Below the pieces are notes generated by a model. That model was not told the DNA's origin and did not search any database. It was given only the letters and a program-made list of their open reading frames with translations. From a virus (lineage: Duplodnaviria > Caudoviricetes): 64,000 nt of DNA. The stretch covers positions 64,001 through 128,000 of IMG/VR virus record IMGVR_UViG_3300033463_000005; one strand, 5' to 3'. Shown in pieces: positions 21,264-33,100 of this stretch (its first letter is position 1; each line of letters begins with the position of its first letter). The position numbers and the translations under genes are program-made.

Positions 21264-22577
21264 ATGTTTGGTAAGAATAAAAACCAAAGAAAATTAGAAG
21301 CAACAATGCTTTCTATCAATTCAATTCTTCGAGAAATTTATTCTAATAAATCTTCCGATGAATTTAAAATGAAGGGTGATATTTCAAAATCTCCATCTTA
21401 TGGTGATATTGAAAAGATGGTCGCCGATCTGTCCACCCTCAAGGGATATTCAAAAGGCGATGCTTCTGCAATCAAGCAGATGTTCAACACGTTGCATCGT
21501 CCTATTTTCAAATCTCTTGTGAAAGAATACATTATGGAACCAAACGATCGTAATACGATCTTCACCTCAATGTATACAATTGGTTACAGACTGCTCGTTG
21601 GTGAACTTTCACGCATTTACTCTTCGACACAAGCTAACCCTTCTGGCATCGTGTATAAACCGGATAAGATTTCCAGAAAAGAAGATGCCGGAAAAATGAT
21701 TCGTCTGTTTAATGATGATCTGGAAGCAAAACTCGATAAGTGTGTTCGCGATCTGCATGCAGATCCGAATTCCGCTTCTCCTGTCAATGAGGCTTATCTC
21801 ATGGAGATGTTTAATCTCGTTCAAGAAGGTTTTGGTTTCCGTGAAATCAGAAACCCGGAAAATGTTTCAGACGAAGCTCCGAAACAAAATGATCCTAAGG
21901 CACCACCGAAGGAAATCGGCGAAATTGGTAAAAAATCATATCCAAAACCTCCAGCTGAAATTGGTGAGATTCAGGAAGATGCGGAACCAGTTGATGATTC
22001 CGTGGTTGATAGTTCTGAAGAACCGGATACCAATGTGTCAGATTCCGATGAATCTGTCCAGGAGTCCATGGAAGGAGTATTGTCAGCCGTTGGTAAAGGT
22101 GCTGCTGCAGTTGGTAGTGCTTTCAAAACAGTCGGTTCTGTTGCAGGATTGGTCGTTGCGGGTGCATCAGCAATTGGTGCATTGTTCTCATTCCTGAATG
22201 GTATGATTGCTGGATTCAATCCGATCGCAAGATTCAACTATTTCTTCATGGATTCCTATGAGAAGAAGATCAGTCAATTGGCTTCTGTCTCAGCAAATTA
22301 TCAGGAGACAAAGAAAGCATATGAAGAATATATGAAGATTCCGGAAGCGAAGCGTAGCAAGAAAGTGGAAAGCAAGTATATTCAGAATATGGAAAAGTAT
22401 AATGTTACGATGAAGAATCTTGCTGCAGAAATTGAACACTACAATCAGCGTGCTGAAAAGGAAGCTGAAGAAACTGTGAATGAAACAGAAAAGAAGATTC
22501 CGAATACAAATGCACCAACATCATCCGACGAAAAGAAACCGGATGATACAAAGCAGGATGATGATTTCCAATTCTAA
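21264..22577 (+). CDS. Putative internal head protein with multiple candidate protease sites
   Basis: PVNEA, LVQEG, EIQED and SVQES motifs around an acidic linker; long hydrophobic segment after VQES. Confidence 0.55.
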   Translation: MFGKNKNQRKLEATMLSINSILREIYSNKSSDEFKMKGDISKSPSYGDIEKMVADLSTLKGYSKGDASAIKQMFNTLHRPIFKSLVKEYIMEPNDRNTIFTSMYTIGYRLLVGELSRIYSSTQANPSGIVYKPDKISRKEDAGKMIRLFNDDLEAKLDKCVRDLHADPNSASPVNEAYLMEMFNLVQEGFGFREIRNPENVSDEAPKQNDPKAPPKEIGEIGKKSYPKPPAEIGEIQEDAEPVDDSVVDSSEEPDTNVSDSDESVQESMEGVLSAVGKGAAAVGSAFKTVGSVAGLVVAGASAIGALFSFLNGMIAGFNPIARFNYFFMDSYEKKISQLASVSANYQETKKAYEEYMKIPEAKRSKKVESKYIQNMEKYNVTMKNLAAEIEHYNQRAEKEAEETVNETEKKIPNTNAPTSSDEKKPDDTKQDDDFQF

Positions 22578-22589
22578 TGATGAAAACGA

Positions 22590-22612
22590 GGTGAGGGGCA
22601 TTGCCCCTCACC
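22590..22612 (+). terminator. Intrinsic terminator-like hairpin
   Basis: ggtgaggggc-att-gcccctcacc followed by atactttt. Confidence 0.75.
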
Positions 22613-22664
22613 ATACTTTTCTCTCATTTACACACATATCATTATATGCGAATGGGGTGATTGG

Positions 22665-23078
22665 ATGAAGTTGCAATATATCATACATGATATATCTGAA
22701 GTGCTGGTGCAACATTACATAAAAATCAGAGATATCAAAGTAATGAATAATAAATACAGCGTGATGGTACTTCATATGAAACAAGCGATTGCAGATACAT
22801 TCAAATTCATGTATCGAGATTTTGATGACGTATACAGTATTGATATTTATTATGGATTTCAGAAAACAACATGTGTATTGGGATATGAATTGGATTATGA
22901 CAGAACCATTGTATCAAAAATGATTGATACAATGAAAACTATACTTAATAAAACAGATTCATTTGCTGGTCAGGAAAATTCGAATGATGATGTGATCAAT
23001 ATTCATGTTTGTCCATTTGATGATTTTCTCATTACGATGGATGATATTATAACATTATTGAATCTTGACTGTGTTTAA
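22665..23078 (+). CDS. Hypothetical protein
   Basis: 137-aa ORF with GGGGTGA RBS; no recognised motif. Confidence 0.55.
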   Translation: MKLQYIIHDISEVLVQHYIKIRDIKVMNNKYSVMVLHMKQAIADTFKFMYRDFDDVYSIDIYYGFQKTTCVLGYELDYDRTIVSKMIDTMKTILNKTDSFAGQENSNDDVINIHVCPFDDFLITMDDIITLLNLDCV

Positions 23079-23158
23079 TAAAATGCTATTACGTAAATAT
23101 TTCACATTATCATTATTTACATAGATTTATGTTATAAATTGAAATGAGGTGAATTCAC

Positions 23159-23353
23159 ATGGGGAGAGCGATTCAAATTCTCGATGAAAATCAAAAGCTG
23201 ATTGGAGAATTAATGACTGCTTCTGATACGGATATTGTCAAGTATATTGCAAAAGGTTTACGAGTCGTTGACAAGAAAACTGGTGAAATGATTACAGAAG
23301 CTGATATCACACCATGTATGGGTGTGTCCGATGGTGAAATGATTCTGGAATAA
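23159..23353 (+). CDS. Small hypothetical protein
   Basis: 64-aa ORF, RBS GAGGTGA. Confidence 0.6.
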   Translation: MGRAIQILDENQKLIGELMTASDTDIVKYIAKGLRVVDKKTGEMITEADITPCMGVSDGEMILE

Positions 23354-23477
23354 TATGTGACATCATTACGTAATAGCATTTTATTGATTATACATACATA
23401 TATACTTCCATTGTATATAGCTGGATTATTCTGATTCAGTTTATATATAACCATATTTTCTTAAGGAGGAACACATT

Positions 23478-23882
23478 ATGGCAACGAACAAAGTTTCCAG
23501 TCTCCCTGAGTGGGTGCAGTACAGCAATGCTAGACTGCAGGAGGCGGCCCGTGCAGACTTCAAGAAGAATGCTGCAAAACTGGGTTACCCGAGCAAGGAT
23601 GAAATCTCCATTGTTGATAATGCAACTCTGGACATTTCCAACACTATGAGCGCCATTCCTGGTGCAATCTCCGGTTACATGCATGATCAGGGTCGTGCAT
23701 TCGATCTTCCGGCTCCGGATGCAAAGACCGCTCCGGCAACGCTGAAGGTCGTTAAGGTTCCGAAGAAGACCAAGACTGGTAAGATCATGCTCGGTGACAA
23801 GAAGGGTGAGACCTACACTTCTACCATCGAGGCTCATGAGGAAGTCAAGGTTAAATCTCGTAACAAGGGCTTCAAGAAGTAA
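23478..23882 (+). CDS. HU/IHF-like basic DNA-binding protein (divergent)
   Basis: RBS AAGGAGG; codon bias like the capsid gene; TLKVVKVPKKTKTGK...GETYTSTIEAHEEVKVK resembles the HU beta-arm. Confidence 0.5.
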   Translation: MATNKVSSLPEWVQYSNARLQEAARADFKKNAAKLGYPSKDEISIVDNATLDISNTMSAIPGAISGYMHDQGRAFDLPAPDAKTAPATLKVVKVPKKTKTGKIMLGDKKGETYTSTIEAHEEVKVKSRNKGFKK

Positions 23883-23910
23883 TTCAAAATCAGGATACGA
23901 CGATTGGATG

Positions 23911-23931
23911 TGGGGAGGCATTGCCTCCCCA
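23911..23931 (+). terminator. Intrinsic terminator-like hairpin
   Basis: tggggaggc-att-gcctcccca then tttctaattttttattttt. Confidence 0.8.
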
Positions 23932-24014
23932 TTTCTAATTTTTTATTTTTATTATATATATAATTAATATGATATGATAAAAGCATATCAAAATAAAATC
24001 TGGAGGTACCGAAA

Positions 24015-24371
24015 ATGGATAAAAAGTACGTACTCGACATGATCAATCGAGACAGTCTGTTCAGAATCATTTGCATGAATCTGAACAAGATTCTGGAACA
24101 GGAATATGTGAAAGAGCGTATTCCGTTGACGAATGAAACAACAACAATCAACATTCACACCAACCGGGTTTTGGCACTTTATATCAATGCCGGAACAATC
24201 AGAGTGAAACTGTACGATCACAACAATGTTGTCGGATTGTACATGCTGACGGTCTTGCCAAACAAGTGTGTGACATACGGTATCAGCGAAATCGTACCGT
24301 CACATCTTGTTGGCAAAATCGCGGCAATGTGGGAAGAAACATTCCGCGAAACGACAAAAGTCGTCAAATAA
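24015..24371 (+). CDS. Hypothetical protein
   Basis: 118-aa ORF, RBS GGAGG. Confidence 0.6.
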   Translation: MDKKYVLDMINRDSLFRIICMNLNKILEQEYVKERIPLTNETTTINIHTNRVLALYINAGTIRVKLYDHNNVVGLYMLTVLPNKCVTYGISEIVPSHLVGKIAAMWEETFRETTKVVK

Positions 24372-24374
24372 ATA

Positions 24375-24396
24375 TGGAGGGGCAAAAGCCCCTCCA
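24375..24396. terminator. Hairpin between convergent genes
   Basis: tggaggggc-aaaa-gcccctcca then attattttttct. Confidence 0.8.
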
Positions 24397-24407
24397 ATTA
24401 TTTTTTC

Positions 24408-27400
24408 TTATACGACTGATGCGAATGCCTCAATGAATTCATCATCGTCATCTTCCAAATATTCTGGTAATTCATCGAAGATTGATTCTACCAAATCTCT
24501 GATTGGTTGTGATTCCACATCATATGTCGCATATAGAATCGAATCCAAATGATCCAATAAACTATATTGCATATTCATGAAATCATTCACAATGATTGGT
24601 TGACCTCCATCCATTGATGATACATCACCAGAACCATGTAAAGCATAATAATAATCTTCTGCTTTTTGATGACGCTTATTGATGTCTGTTTGTGACATCC
24701 ACGAATATCTCTTTAAAACTTCCGCGTCGCTGTTGAAATCAACACCTGCAGCAAATCTCCAGAAGAAGTATTTGTTTGCTTCTGTCGGTGATGATGCTCG
24801 TGATATTGCATTAAACAATGACGTTCCTTTGTATTTGGCTCCGCGTAATTGTGATGTCAATAGATCCAACTGTGATGGAACATCTGCAATGGATTTACCA
24901 CGTTTCACGGTTCTCGCATACAGATCACGTTTGAGATTTGATGATGTGAATTGTGACAAACCGTAACCAACAGCTTCACCCGGAGTCTGACTGCTGTAAC
25001 GTCTGTACTTTCTACCAGTGATGAATTGCTGTTCGCTTTCTTTACCAGTATCAACCGCTCTGGTATACTCTTCGTCGGACATTCCAAAGAATGTTGGCTT
25101 ATTGTATTCATCTTCCAGATTGTTCGATTTCATTCCGGATTCGTGATACAAAATACCCATAATACCAGCAGCACCAATCTCACTCATTCCAAGAGTATGA
25201 ACGAGATACTGGAATATTTGTCTCTCATTCATATTCACATTTTCTGCATTGGAACCAATGTATCTTGTTATTGGTTTACCGACATAACGAATGATACGTG
25301 TTGGGCTTTTATAAGGGTCATCTTTACCACCACCCATTGCTGTGTGCAGATAACTTTGCCAATTTTTATCACCCGTTAGATATGCTGTCGCGGCTTTGAT
25401 TGAATCCGGGATACCAGTTCCTTTCGAGATTGAACCCGCACCAGAACCACCGTCAAATCCATGTGTCTTTTTATTGTATTCCAAATCAATCAATGGCATA
25501 CTGACATGACCATTCACAGCTGTAATATCACCATACTGAAGATCATTCACATCAAAATCAAGATATGCCCAGTCTGGTGATGCTTGACCTGTTTTCGGAT
25601 CCAAGATGAAAGCATTCTGTCCAGCAAATACTGGTGAACGAACAGAACCATTTGGTTCAGCATTTTTCAATTGATATCCCATTTCAGTAATAGCCATTGA
25701 TACAATACCAGAGCAGTCGGGTCTTAAGTTTCGTTGATGCCCATTCAGCGAGATTGTTTTTGTCGTTCCATAGTTATAATGACCAGCAGGATCAATCTTT
25801 CCATATGCATTGTACACAGTTGCAATACTTCGAACAAGATCTTCTTTATCATATCCTTCAGTATAGGTTCCGCCTCGTGAACTTCCGACCGTATCCGCAA
25901 ATTGTTGAATGCCAGATCCTTGTTGAACTTGTGAATCAATGTCACCAAATGTATCTGCAAATCCAGACAGGAAACCGGAATCACCAACGGATTCATTCAA
26001 CATTTTCGTGAATGCGTCATCTGAACCACCTGGTGATGATTTCACTTTGTCACGAAGAATGCTGGATGCTGCCATGGTCCAATAACGTGCTTTCTTTGAT
26101 TCATATCGTTTCTTATAATCCTTATCGGATTCTTCGTCTTGTTGTGGATTTTCATTCTTGAACAATTCAAACGCTTTTGAATCAACTTGCTGACGCTCCT
26201 CTTCCGACAATTGCGCTTCTGCATCGATTTGTGATTGTTGATATGCATTCTTTTCATCTTCATCTTTGATTGCTGCAGATACAGAATCATCACCCGTGAA
26301 GATATTTACAATACCACCAACAATTTCACGCAATGTGCTCAAAGCATCCTGAACAGAGTCAGAGAATTCAATGGGAGAATCACCGGAACCAGTCAGTCCA
26401 TCCATCACAGAACCATGCATGACATATTGTGTTGATTCAGATTGTTTTGATTTTTGATTCGATGATTCATCGTTTGCTGATGCAGGAACCACAAGTTCAA
26501 CCGCATCTTTTATTGTTTGATTAATCAAGAATACTTGGTTCTTCATACCGGTTACAACATTATTGATGCCACCGGTAATCATGGTCGTGCCAGTTTCCAT
26601 CAACTGTTTACCTTGATCAATTAAGGAACGTGCACCAAACAGTTTACCAATGTAACCAACTGCGGTCATGATACCACCAAGCAATGTCAATATCAAACCA
26701 AAACTGACTTGCAAGAATCCAGCTTGAATCTGAATAATGTTTGCAATGAATTTGATTCTTGGTATAATATAGATCTTCAACAATGCAGTCAACGGAATTA
26801 CCAATAATGAAATCATGGAACTCAACATTTCCAATATTGGAGACAATGTCTCCATGATTCGTTCGATGATCGGATTAATTAATTCCAACATCGGTTGGAT
26901 CAATCCAACAATCGATTTGACAATTTCCGTGATAGCTTGAACGATTGTTGTCAACATCTTTTGAATTGTTGTCAAAATCGGTTTGATTAATTTGATGACG
27001 GTGAAGAATACCTTATTCAATGGCTTCAATGATTTTGTTAAAATGGATTCAATCATATCCATTAATTTGGTTGCACCCTTTAACACAGCAACAGCAGATG
27101 CAATTGATGCCATGATTGCAGATAGGATATTTGCAATACCTCCGACAATCTTACCAAAGTTATATGCGGCACCCTTTTTCTTCAAACGTTCCCGTTCTTC
27201 TTGACGTTTCTTTTTCCGTTCTTCCCGTTTCTCTGGGGATAATTTGTCATGGAGATTGTGAAACCAATCTTTCACAGTTTCCCCAATGTTATCTAACAAA
27301 GACTTGATAAACGTTAAGAACGAGAAACCTTTTGTTTGTTTGGATAATAATTTCTCAATGTCATTAGAATTATAATCTTCTAATGTTTTAGAAGCAATTT

Positions 27401-30020
27401 TATTTTTTCTCTTGAATGCATCCGCAAATCCTTGACCAAATTTTGAGTTCTTTAATTTATCAAACAATTTGGATGGTCCACGTTGACTCAACTTCTCTTG
27501 CATCCGTTCAACACGAGACGCTTCATCTTCTTCTTTCTGTTGTTGTGCAACACGTTTGTTGTGTTCTTCAATGATCTTTTGTTGTTTTCGAATTAATTCC
27601 AAATTACGATCATATTGTGCCCAACGTTCTTTTTGTCGGGTCTTATCAATGTTTCGAATCTCTTTGGATTTCTGTCTATATTGATATGCTTTGACCAAAT
27701 TATTCTTAATATCAACAATACCTTTTCCAACCGATTTCACATTATTCTTCAAACCACGGACACCAGCCAATGCGGAAGCCGCACCGGTACTGACATTGAA
27801 CAGTGATTTGTTCAAAGACTTTATCACAAATGGTGTGAACTTCTTTCCGATTGACATTGTCAACTTACGTGTATTTTTGAATATTTTTGAAATCATCGGT
27901 TTTCCAAATGTCCAAACAAGCATCAATGCTTTTCCAAAGATTGTCTTTTGTGCAGACACCTTCTTCATTCGATCTTTAAAACCGGTGATCATACCTTGTA
28001 ATCTGGATCGTATATCATCATTTGTGATTTTTGATAAACGTGATAACAGGTCTCCGGAATCCTGTTCGGACATTTCACCATCTTGTGCAACGGCTTTCAT
28101 ACCAGCCAAGACTTCTTTTTGTTTCATTCGATCTGGATTCAATGCATCTGATATTTTACCTGCAACAGAAGAAACCTTATCCAAGATACCACTCGGAATC
28201 ATTTTTAAGATATCATCAATTGTAATCGGTGATGATGATGGATTTTTATTGGATGATTCATAGACTTCTTTTTCAGGAATCACAGATGATGTTTCACCAT
28301 TCTGTTTTGGAGATTCCATTGTGACTTGTAATGGGTTCATTCGTTTCATACTACCATTTTGGAAATATGTATTGAGACCCATATTCAATCTACCAAAGAT
28401 TGCAGATAGATATTTCAATTTTTCTTGATATACGTTTTCATATGTTTCTTTTGTTGATTCAATTCCGGCAGCACGAAGTTTATACTCCATATCAACAAAG
28501 CTGGTGATAGGTTCATTGTAACGTTCCATCTGATCTTTTGTCAATGTAGAACGTTTGATGACTCCTTCATCAACCAATTGTTTCAATGTCTTTCCAGCAT
28601 ATTCGAATTCACTTGTTTCATGTTTCAATCGTTCTAATACAACTTGATCGAACATGTCTTGTGTGAATTGCATATCTTCGGAACCGTCGGATGTGATTGC
28701 ATATTTTCGTGCAGATTGATGTAATTGTGCGGCACATTGATTAATCAATCTTGCCATACTCTTACGGAATTTTTCATCAAGCTGCAGTTGAACCTGTAAT
28801 GCTGTCAACAAGGTTGTCCATTTCTTCGTATCATATTTTTTGGATTTCAATAATACTTGCAAAATATGATTTCGAACAGAAATTAGTCCACCATTATTGA
28901 ACACTTTTGGATCCAATATTTCGATCCCACGGGTATACATGTAATAGACATATTGGGAAATGAAAATGCGTTGGATTTCTTTCACATCTGCAGTTGAAAT
29001 CGTTTTGTCCAGATTGTTTGAATGTGCCGTCAGCAAATTTGTACGCTGTTCACTTAACGCAGGAATATCAAACATATTATGGATCAAACCGACAAAGCCT
29101 CGTGGTTTCTCTGTTGTCAACTCACCATAGGCACTAACATGATACATCGTATTCGTTGTTTCTCGTGTAATGATTTTCAAATATGATGGGATAACAGAGA
29201 CAATCGAATGACGTGTCATGTTGTCAAATAATGCACGTTCTTTGTTATAACCATTCTCAATATAGGAAGAATAGTCTGTTTGTCGATTTGAATTCAAATT
29301 GAGATTCTTTTTAATGAAAGGGATATTCAGAATTGACGTTACCAGATTATTCTGGAAATTCAAAATCGTATCATTCAACTTTGAATCAAGTTGATCCAAT
29401 TTCAAAAGTTGCATGGCACGTTTTGTTGTGGATTGTGTATCTGATTTTGACACATTTCTCAAATGATCAAATACACTCTTGATTGTCAATCTTCCTTTTG
29501 CGTCATAGATCGTTTGTTCATTCCGACGAGCCTTTTCTGCCGCAGTCATATGAATTTCTAACAAGCGATCCAATTTACTCATAATCGACGAAATGTATGA
29601 TGTGGAGTGTTGTAGACTTGTAATGATTTCTGTACTACGATCATCAATAACTTGTATGATTTCTGCAGTCGTATGTAATTTTGCTTCAACCTGCTTCTTT
29701 CCAACGCGGTACATTTCATTTCGTTGTGATTGAGTAATATCGTCAAGCTGTTGTTGGCTTAATACCGATGATGAATGTAATCCGATATCATCCTCATCAT
29801 CCAGCAAACTGTCATTTGATTCATCTGTTCGTTGATCAAACCATGACAACAGTTTTCTCATATAAACGTTATCATGTTTTAATTCCATTAAACGTTGCGA
29901 AGTGTTTTGATACCCGCCAGTCAATGACTCACGAATGCGCGTTGTATCATGCTTCAATCGTTGCAACGTTTGAAATGTTGATGATTCGCTTACAACGCGA
30001 TTCAACAGGTTCGACATCAT
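24408..30020 (-). CDS. Giant tail/tape-measure-like protein with NlpC/P60-like peptidase and phage-tail-lysozyme domains
   Basis: Amphipathic 11-residue-type TMP repeats; RPDCSGIVS...GDITAVNGHV (Cys-His); IGAAGIMGILYHESG...GYGLSQFT (tail lysozyme); paralog of 30101..36595; start among ATGs 30017-30023. Confidence 0.75.
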   Translation of the reverse strand: MMSNLLNRVVSESSTFQTLQRLKHDTTRIRESLTGGYQNTSQRLMELKHDNVYMRKLLSWFDQRTDESNDSLLDDEDDIGLHSSSVLSQQQLDDITQSQRNEMYRVGKKQVEAKLHTTAEIIQVIDDRSTEIITSLQHSTSYISSIMSKLDRLLEIHMTAAEKARRNEQTIYDAKGRLTIKSVFDHLRNVSKSDTQSTTKRAMQLLKLDQLDSKLNDTILNFQNNLVTSILNIPFIKKNLNLNSNRQTDYSSYIENGYNKERALFDNMTRHSIVSVIPSYLKIITRETTNTMYHVSAYGELTTEKPRGFVGLIHNMFDIPALSEQRTNLLTAHSNNLDKTISTADVKEIQRIFISQYVYYMYTRGIEILDPKVFNNGGLISVRNHILQVLLKSKKYDTKKWTTLLTALQVQLQLDEKFRKSMARLINQCAAQLHQSARKYAITSDGSEDMQFTQDMFDQVVLERLKHETSEFEYAGKTLKQLVDEGVIKRSTLTKDQMERYNEPITSFVDMEYKLRAAGIESTKETYENVYQEKLKYLSAIFGRLNMGLNTYFQNGSMKRMNPLQVTMESPKQNGETSSVIPEKEVYESSNKNPSSSPITIDDILKMIPSGILDKVSSVAGKISDALNPDRMKQKEVLAGMKAVAQDGEMSEQDSGDLLSRLSKITNDDIRSRLQGMITGFKDRMKKVSAQKTIFGKALMLVWTFGKPMISKIFKNTRKLTMSIGKKFTPFVIKSLNKSLFNVSTGAASALAGVRGLKNNVKSVGKGIVDIKNNLVKAYQYRQKSKEIRNIDKTRQKERWAQYDRNLELIRKQQKIIEEHNKRVAQQQKEEDEASRVERMQEKLSQRGPSKLFDKLKNSKFGQGFADAFKRKNKIASKTLEDYNSNDIEKLLSKQTKGFSFLTFIKSLLDNIGETVKDWFHNLHDKLSPEKREERKKKRQEERERLKKKGAAYNFGKIVGGIANILSAIMASIASAVAVLKGATKLMDMIESILTKSLKPLNKVFFTVIKLIKPILTTIQKMLTTIVQAITEIVKSIVGLIQPMLELINPIIERIMETLSPILEMLSSMISLLVIPLTALLKIYIIPRIKFIANIIQIQAGFLQVSFGLILTLLGGIMTAVGYIGKLFGARSLIDQGKQLMETGTTMITGGINNVVTGMKNQVFLINQTIKDAVELVVPASANDESSNQKSKQSESTQYVMHGSVMDGLTGSGDSPIEFSDSVQDALSTLREIVGGIVNIFTGDDSVSAAIKDEDEKNAYQQSQIDAEAQLSEEERQQVDSKAFELFKNENPQQDEESDKDYKKRYESKKARYWTMAASSILRDKVKSSPGGSDDAFTKMLNESVGDSGFLSGFADTFGDIDSQVQQGSGIQQFADTVGSSRGGTYTEGYDKEDLVRSIATVYNAYGKIDPAGHYNYGTTKTISLNGHQRNLRPDCSGIVSMAITEMGYQLKNAEPNGSVRSPVFAGQNAFILDPKTGQASPDWAYLDFDVNDLQYGDITAVNGHVSMPLIDLEYNKKTHGFDGGSGAGSISKGTGIPDSIKAATAYLTGDKNWQSYLHTAMGGGKDDPYKSPTRIIRYVGKPITRYIGSNAENVNMNERQIFQYLVHTLGMSEIGAAGIMGILYHESGMKSNNLEDEYNKPTFFGMSDEEYTRAVDTGKESEQQFITGRKYRRYSSQTPGEAVGYGLSQFTSSNLKRDLYARTVKRGKSIADVPSQLDLLTSQLRGAKYKGTSLFNAISRASSPTEANKYFFWRFAAGVDFNSDAEVLKRYSWMSQTDINKRHQKAEDYYYALHGSGDVSSMDGGQPIIVNDFMNMQYSLLDHLDSILYATYDVESQPIRDLVESIFDELPEYLEDDDDEFIEAFASVV

Positions 30021-30054
30021 CATCACTTCCTTTATATAAAATCTCACAAGATAA

Positions 30055-30078
30055 AGATGGGCTCGGATGAGCCCATCT
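30055..30078 (-). terminator. Hairpin between the two giant paralogs
   Basis: agatgggctc-ggat-gagcccatct. Confidence 0.6.
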
Positions 30079-30100
30079 CATCTCGTGAAATGTAATCGTA

Positions 30101-33100
30101 TCAGCCTACCGATAACCGTTCTACTTGTTTCGGTATGTCGTTATCCTGGAATTCACCATCCAGTTTTCTTCTTGGAGGTTTTGTTGAGAGTTGTTGCTGT
30201 TTACGTTGTTGATTCCGTTCTTTCATCAGTTTCAGCATATCGCTCAACATGGTTTCAATCTGAACAGAACGAACATTGAATGTGTGATCCATAATCCGTT
30301 TCACATTCTCTGTCATATCTGTCGTTGCTGATTGACGATATCTGTTGACAATCACTGGTTGTTGTGATTGCATATCAGATGAATACTGGAATAACTCGTC
30401 GATGTTATTCAGCGGCGGGATATCTTGTTGGATGATGGATGACATATCACCATTTGCAACGGTTGTCGTCATGGTTGATTCGAATTTCGTATTGACGTCC
30501 GGATTCACAAGACCATGTTCAATACTACTTTCACCCGCAGATACCTCGACGTTTCGATTTGGATCCATATATCCCTGTGCTTTTGCTTCATCCAGATATC
30601 GTTCGCCATCTGATTTCTTCAAATATTTCAGAACAGTTTTTGCATTTTCGGAATTACCGACATTATACACATAATACTTGTCTTTGCCATATGTGTACTC
30701 ATATACATCCGGATAGGTCTTACGGAATTCGCTATATGCAATGGATTGCTTCTTCAACTTATCATATTGCACAGCATTCATTGCAGATGCAATCGATTCA
30801 TTGTTTTCATCCGTAAGCGAATACATACCGCCACCATTTCCGTTGAATGTAACAGGAACACCCAATGTATATGAATAACTATCGGTTGGAATCACGATGG
30901 AAGACGGACCATTCTCTGAATCAGATTCGTCCTCTCTCCATTTGAAGAATGTCATCGGGTTCAATTTTGTTTGTGACGCACCATCTTTGATCGTGTAGTG
31001 TAAGTGTGCACCAGTTGAGTGACCAGTGCTACCGACTCTACCAACAACTTGACCACCTTGAATCTTATCACCTGGGTTGAGAGAGGTCTTCATACCAGCG
31101 ACATATGTGTATGGTAATTCAGACAAATGGTAGTAATGGTGCTCATCTCCACCAGAGTCTTTCCAAATCAACGTGTTACCAGTTGATTTATCCCAGCTTG
31201 AAGAAGCTGTTCTAACAGTACCACCAGTCGTTGCAACGACTTCTGGTGTACGATCAGAAGACCACAAGAAGTCAATACCGCTGTGATCACTACCAGTTGT
31301 ACCTTGACCTTGACGGTTTGGTGTTTGACGCTTACGGAACCAGTGACCAATGTTACCAGAAGACCAAGCCTTATTGGATCTACCGGAGCCATTTGTCATT
31401 GTGAAGAATTCATGCAACGGAGATTCTGATGTTGCTCCAGTCTGTGGAATATTTGGTTCGAATATTGAAGGTGTATACACATCCGTCGCGAGTTTCGCAC
31501 CACGATCGGAGAAGAAACCTGTACCAGATACTTCAACATTATTACCAGTCAATGCCGTTGTCATTTGATCGATAAACGAACCCGCGGAAGAATCAGCAGC
31601 GGATAACGCATCTGTCATACCGGAAATGATACCACCTGTCGGATTTCCATTTTCATCCGTTTCACCAATTGCAGTCTTCATGAATGAACTGAATGATTCA
31701 GAATCTGTGTTTGCTTGTTTCTTCAACCGTTCAGTTGCAGCTTTTGCATAATATGTATTAATATTCTTTTGGAATCGTTTCTCATATTCTGCATCAGACT
31801 CACCGGCATATTTTGAATTTTCCTTCTTAAAGATTTCTCGTGCTTCTTGTTCCAATTTGATACGATCATTTTCATCCATATTACTCAAATCGATACCAGC
31901 ATCTTGTAACGCTTTCTGATTCTTGGCGTTCTTCTGTTCTTCATTCAATGAAGACTCCATGTCACTTTCACCGATGAAGATTGATACAAGCTGACCAACG
32001 ATATCTTTCAGATTACCCAAAGCATCCTGAATTGTATCAGAGAATTCAATTGGAGAATCACCAGAACCGTATAGACCCATTAGCGAGCTGGAAGCAAGGG
32101 ATGATGCAGACTTCCGTTCGATTCGTCCAGTTAAAGGATTGGAAACGATCGCCATTCCATTGGATGTACCCAACACGTTCATGTAGTGATTATTGCCTCT
32201 CCGTGTTGAGAAATCTGGACCGGAACCAACAACGGTGATTGGATTACTCGGTGATGCCATCGACAATGAACGCTGCGTCACACCACCAGGAGTCAGATTC
32301 ATACCAAGTGCTCTTGATGTATTCATGTATCCACGAACTGATGTTCCGTTGGATGCATCATATGCACCAGCGTTTGACATGGATACTGCCAATCGACGTG
32401 CATCCAATGTATTACCAGTGCGACGTGCATACGCATCCGTCAATGCCACAGGTCCACATCCACGTTGTGCCATATTCATATATGCACCATAACGTGCCTG
32501 TGCACCATCACCAGCATAAATGTCTCCACTTGCAACGATACCATCCATTGGTGAGCCATTCAATTGTGGAATTGTCTTTGATGCTTGAACTTGTTGCTCT
32601 TGTTTGTCTTCCTGTTCGACACTACTTTTTCCAGTAATCGCATTACCAAGCATCGTAACAGTTTTACCGAATCCAGATTTCATGGAACCCCAACCAGAAG
32701 AAACCATTGATGTTCCCATGCTAATCATGTTCTTGCCGGTTTCATACAGAGAAGGAGCACCAAAGATCTTACCAATGACACCAACAGCTGTTAGAATACC
32801 ACCGAGAACAGTTAAGATGAGACCCATACCAACTTGGACAATACCAAGTATGATTTCCAATGTATTCGCAACAGTCTGAAGAATTGGTACAACAACTTCC
32901 TTCATGACAGATACCAGTGGAATCATGATCAATTTCACAAGACCAGTGATCAATTCCAGAATCGGTTCCAGCACACTCAACAGCTGTTCAATGATTGGTC
33001 CAATTGCTTCCAGAATTGGTTGAATGATCTTGATGACGGATTCGACAATCTGCACAACATATCCAACAATTTGACGAAGAACCTTTGTGATTGTTGTGAC

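Noticed and set aside
22578-24014. tRNA or structured ncRNA in the AT-rich spacers
   Set aside because: No cloverleaf or T-loop signature seen; only simple hairpins
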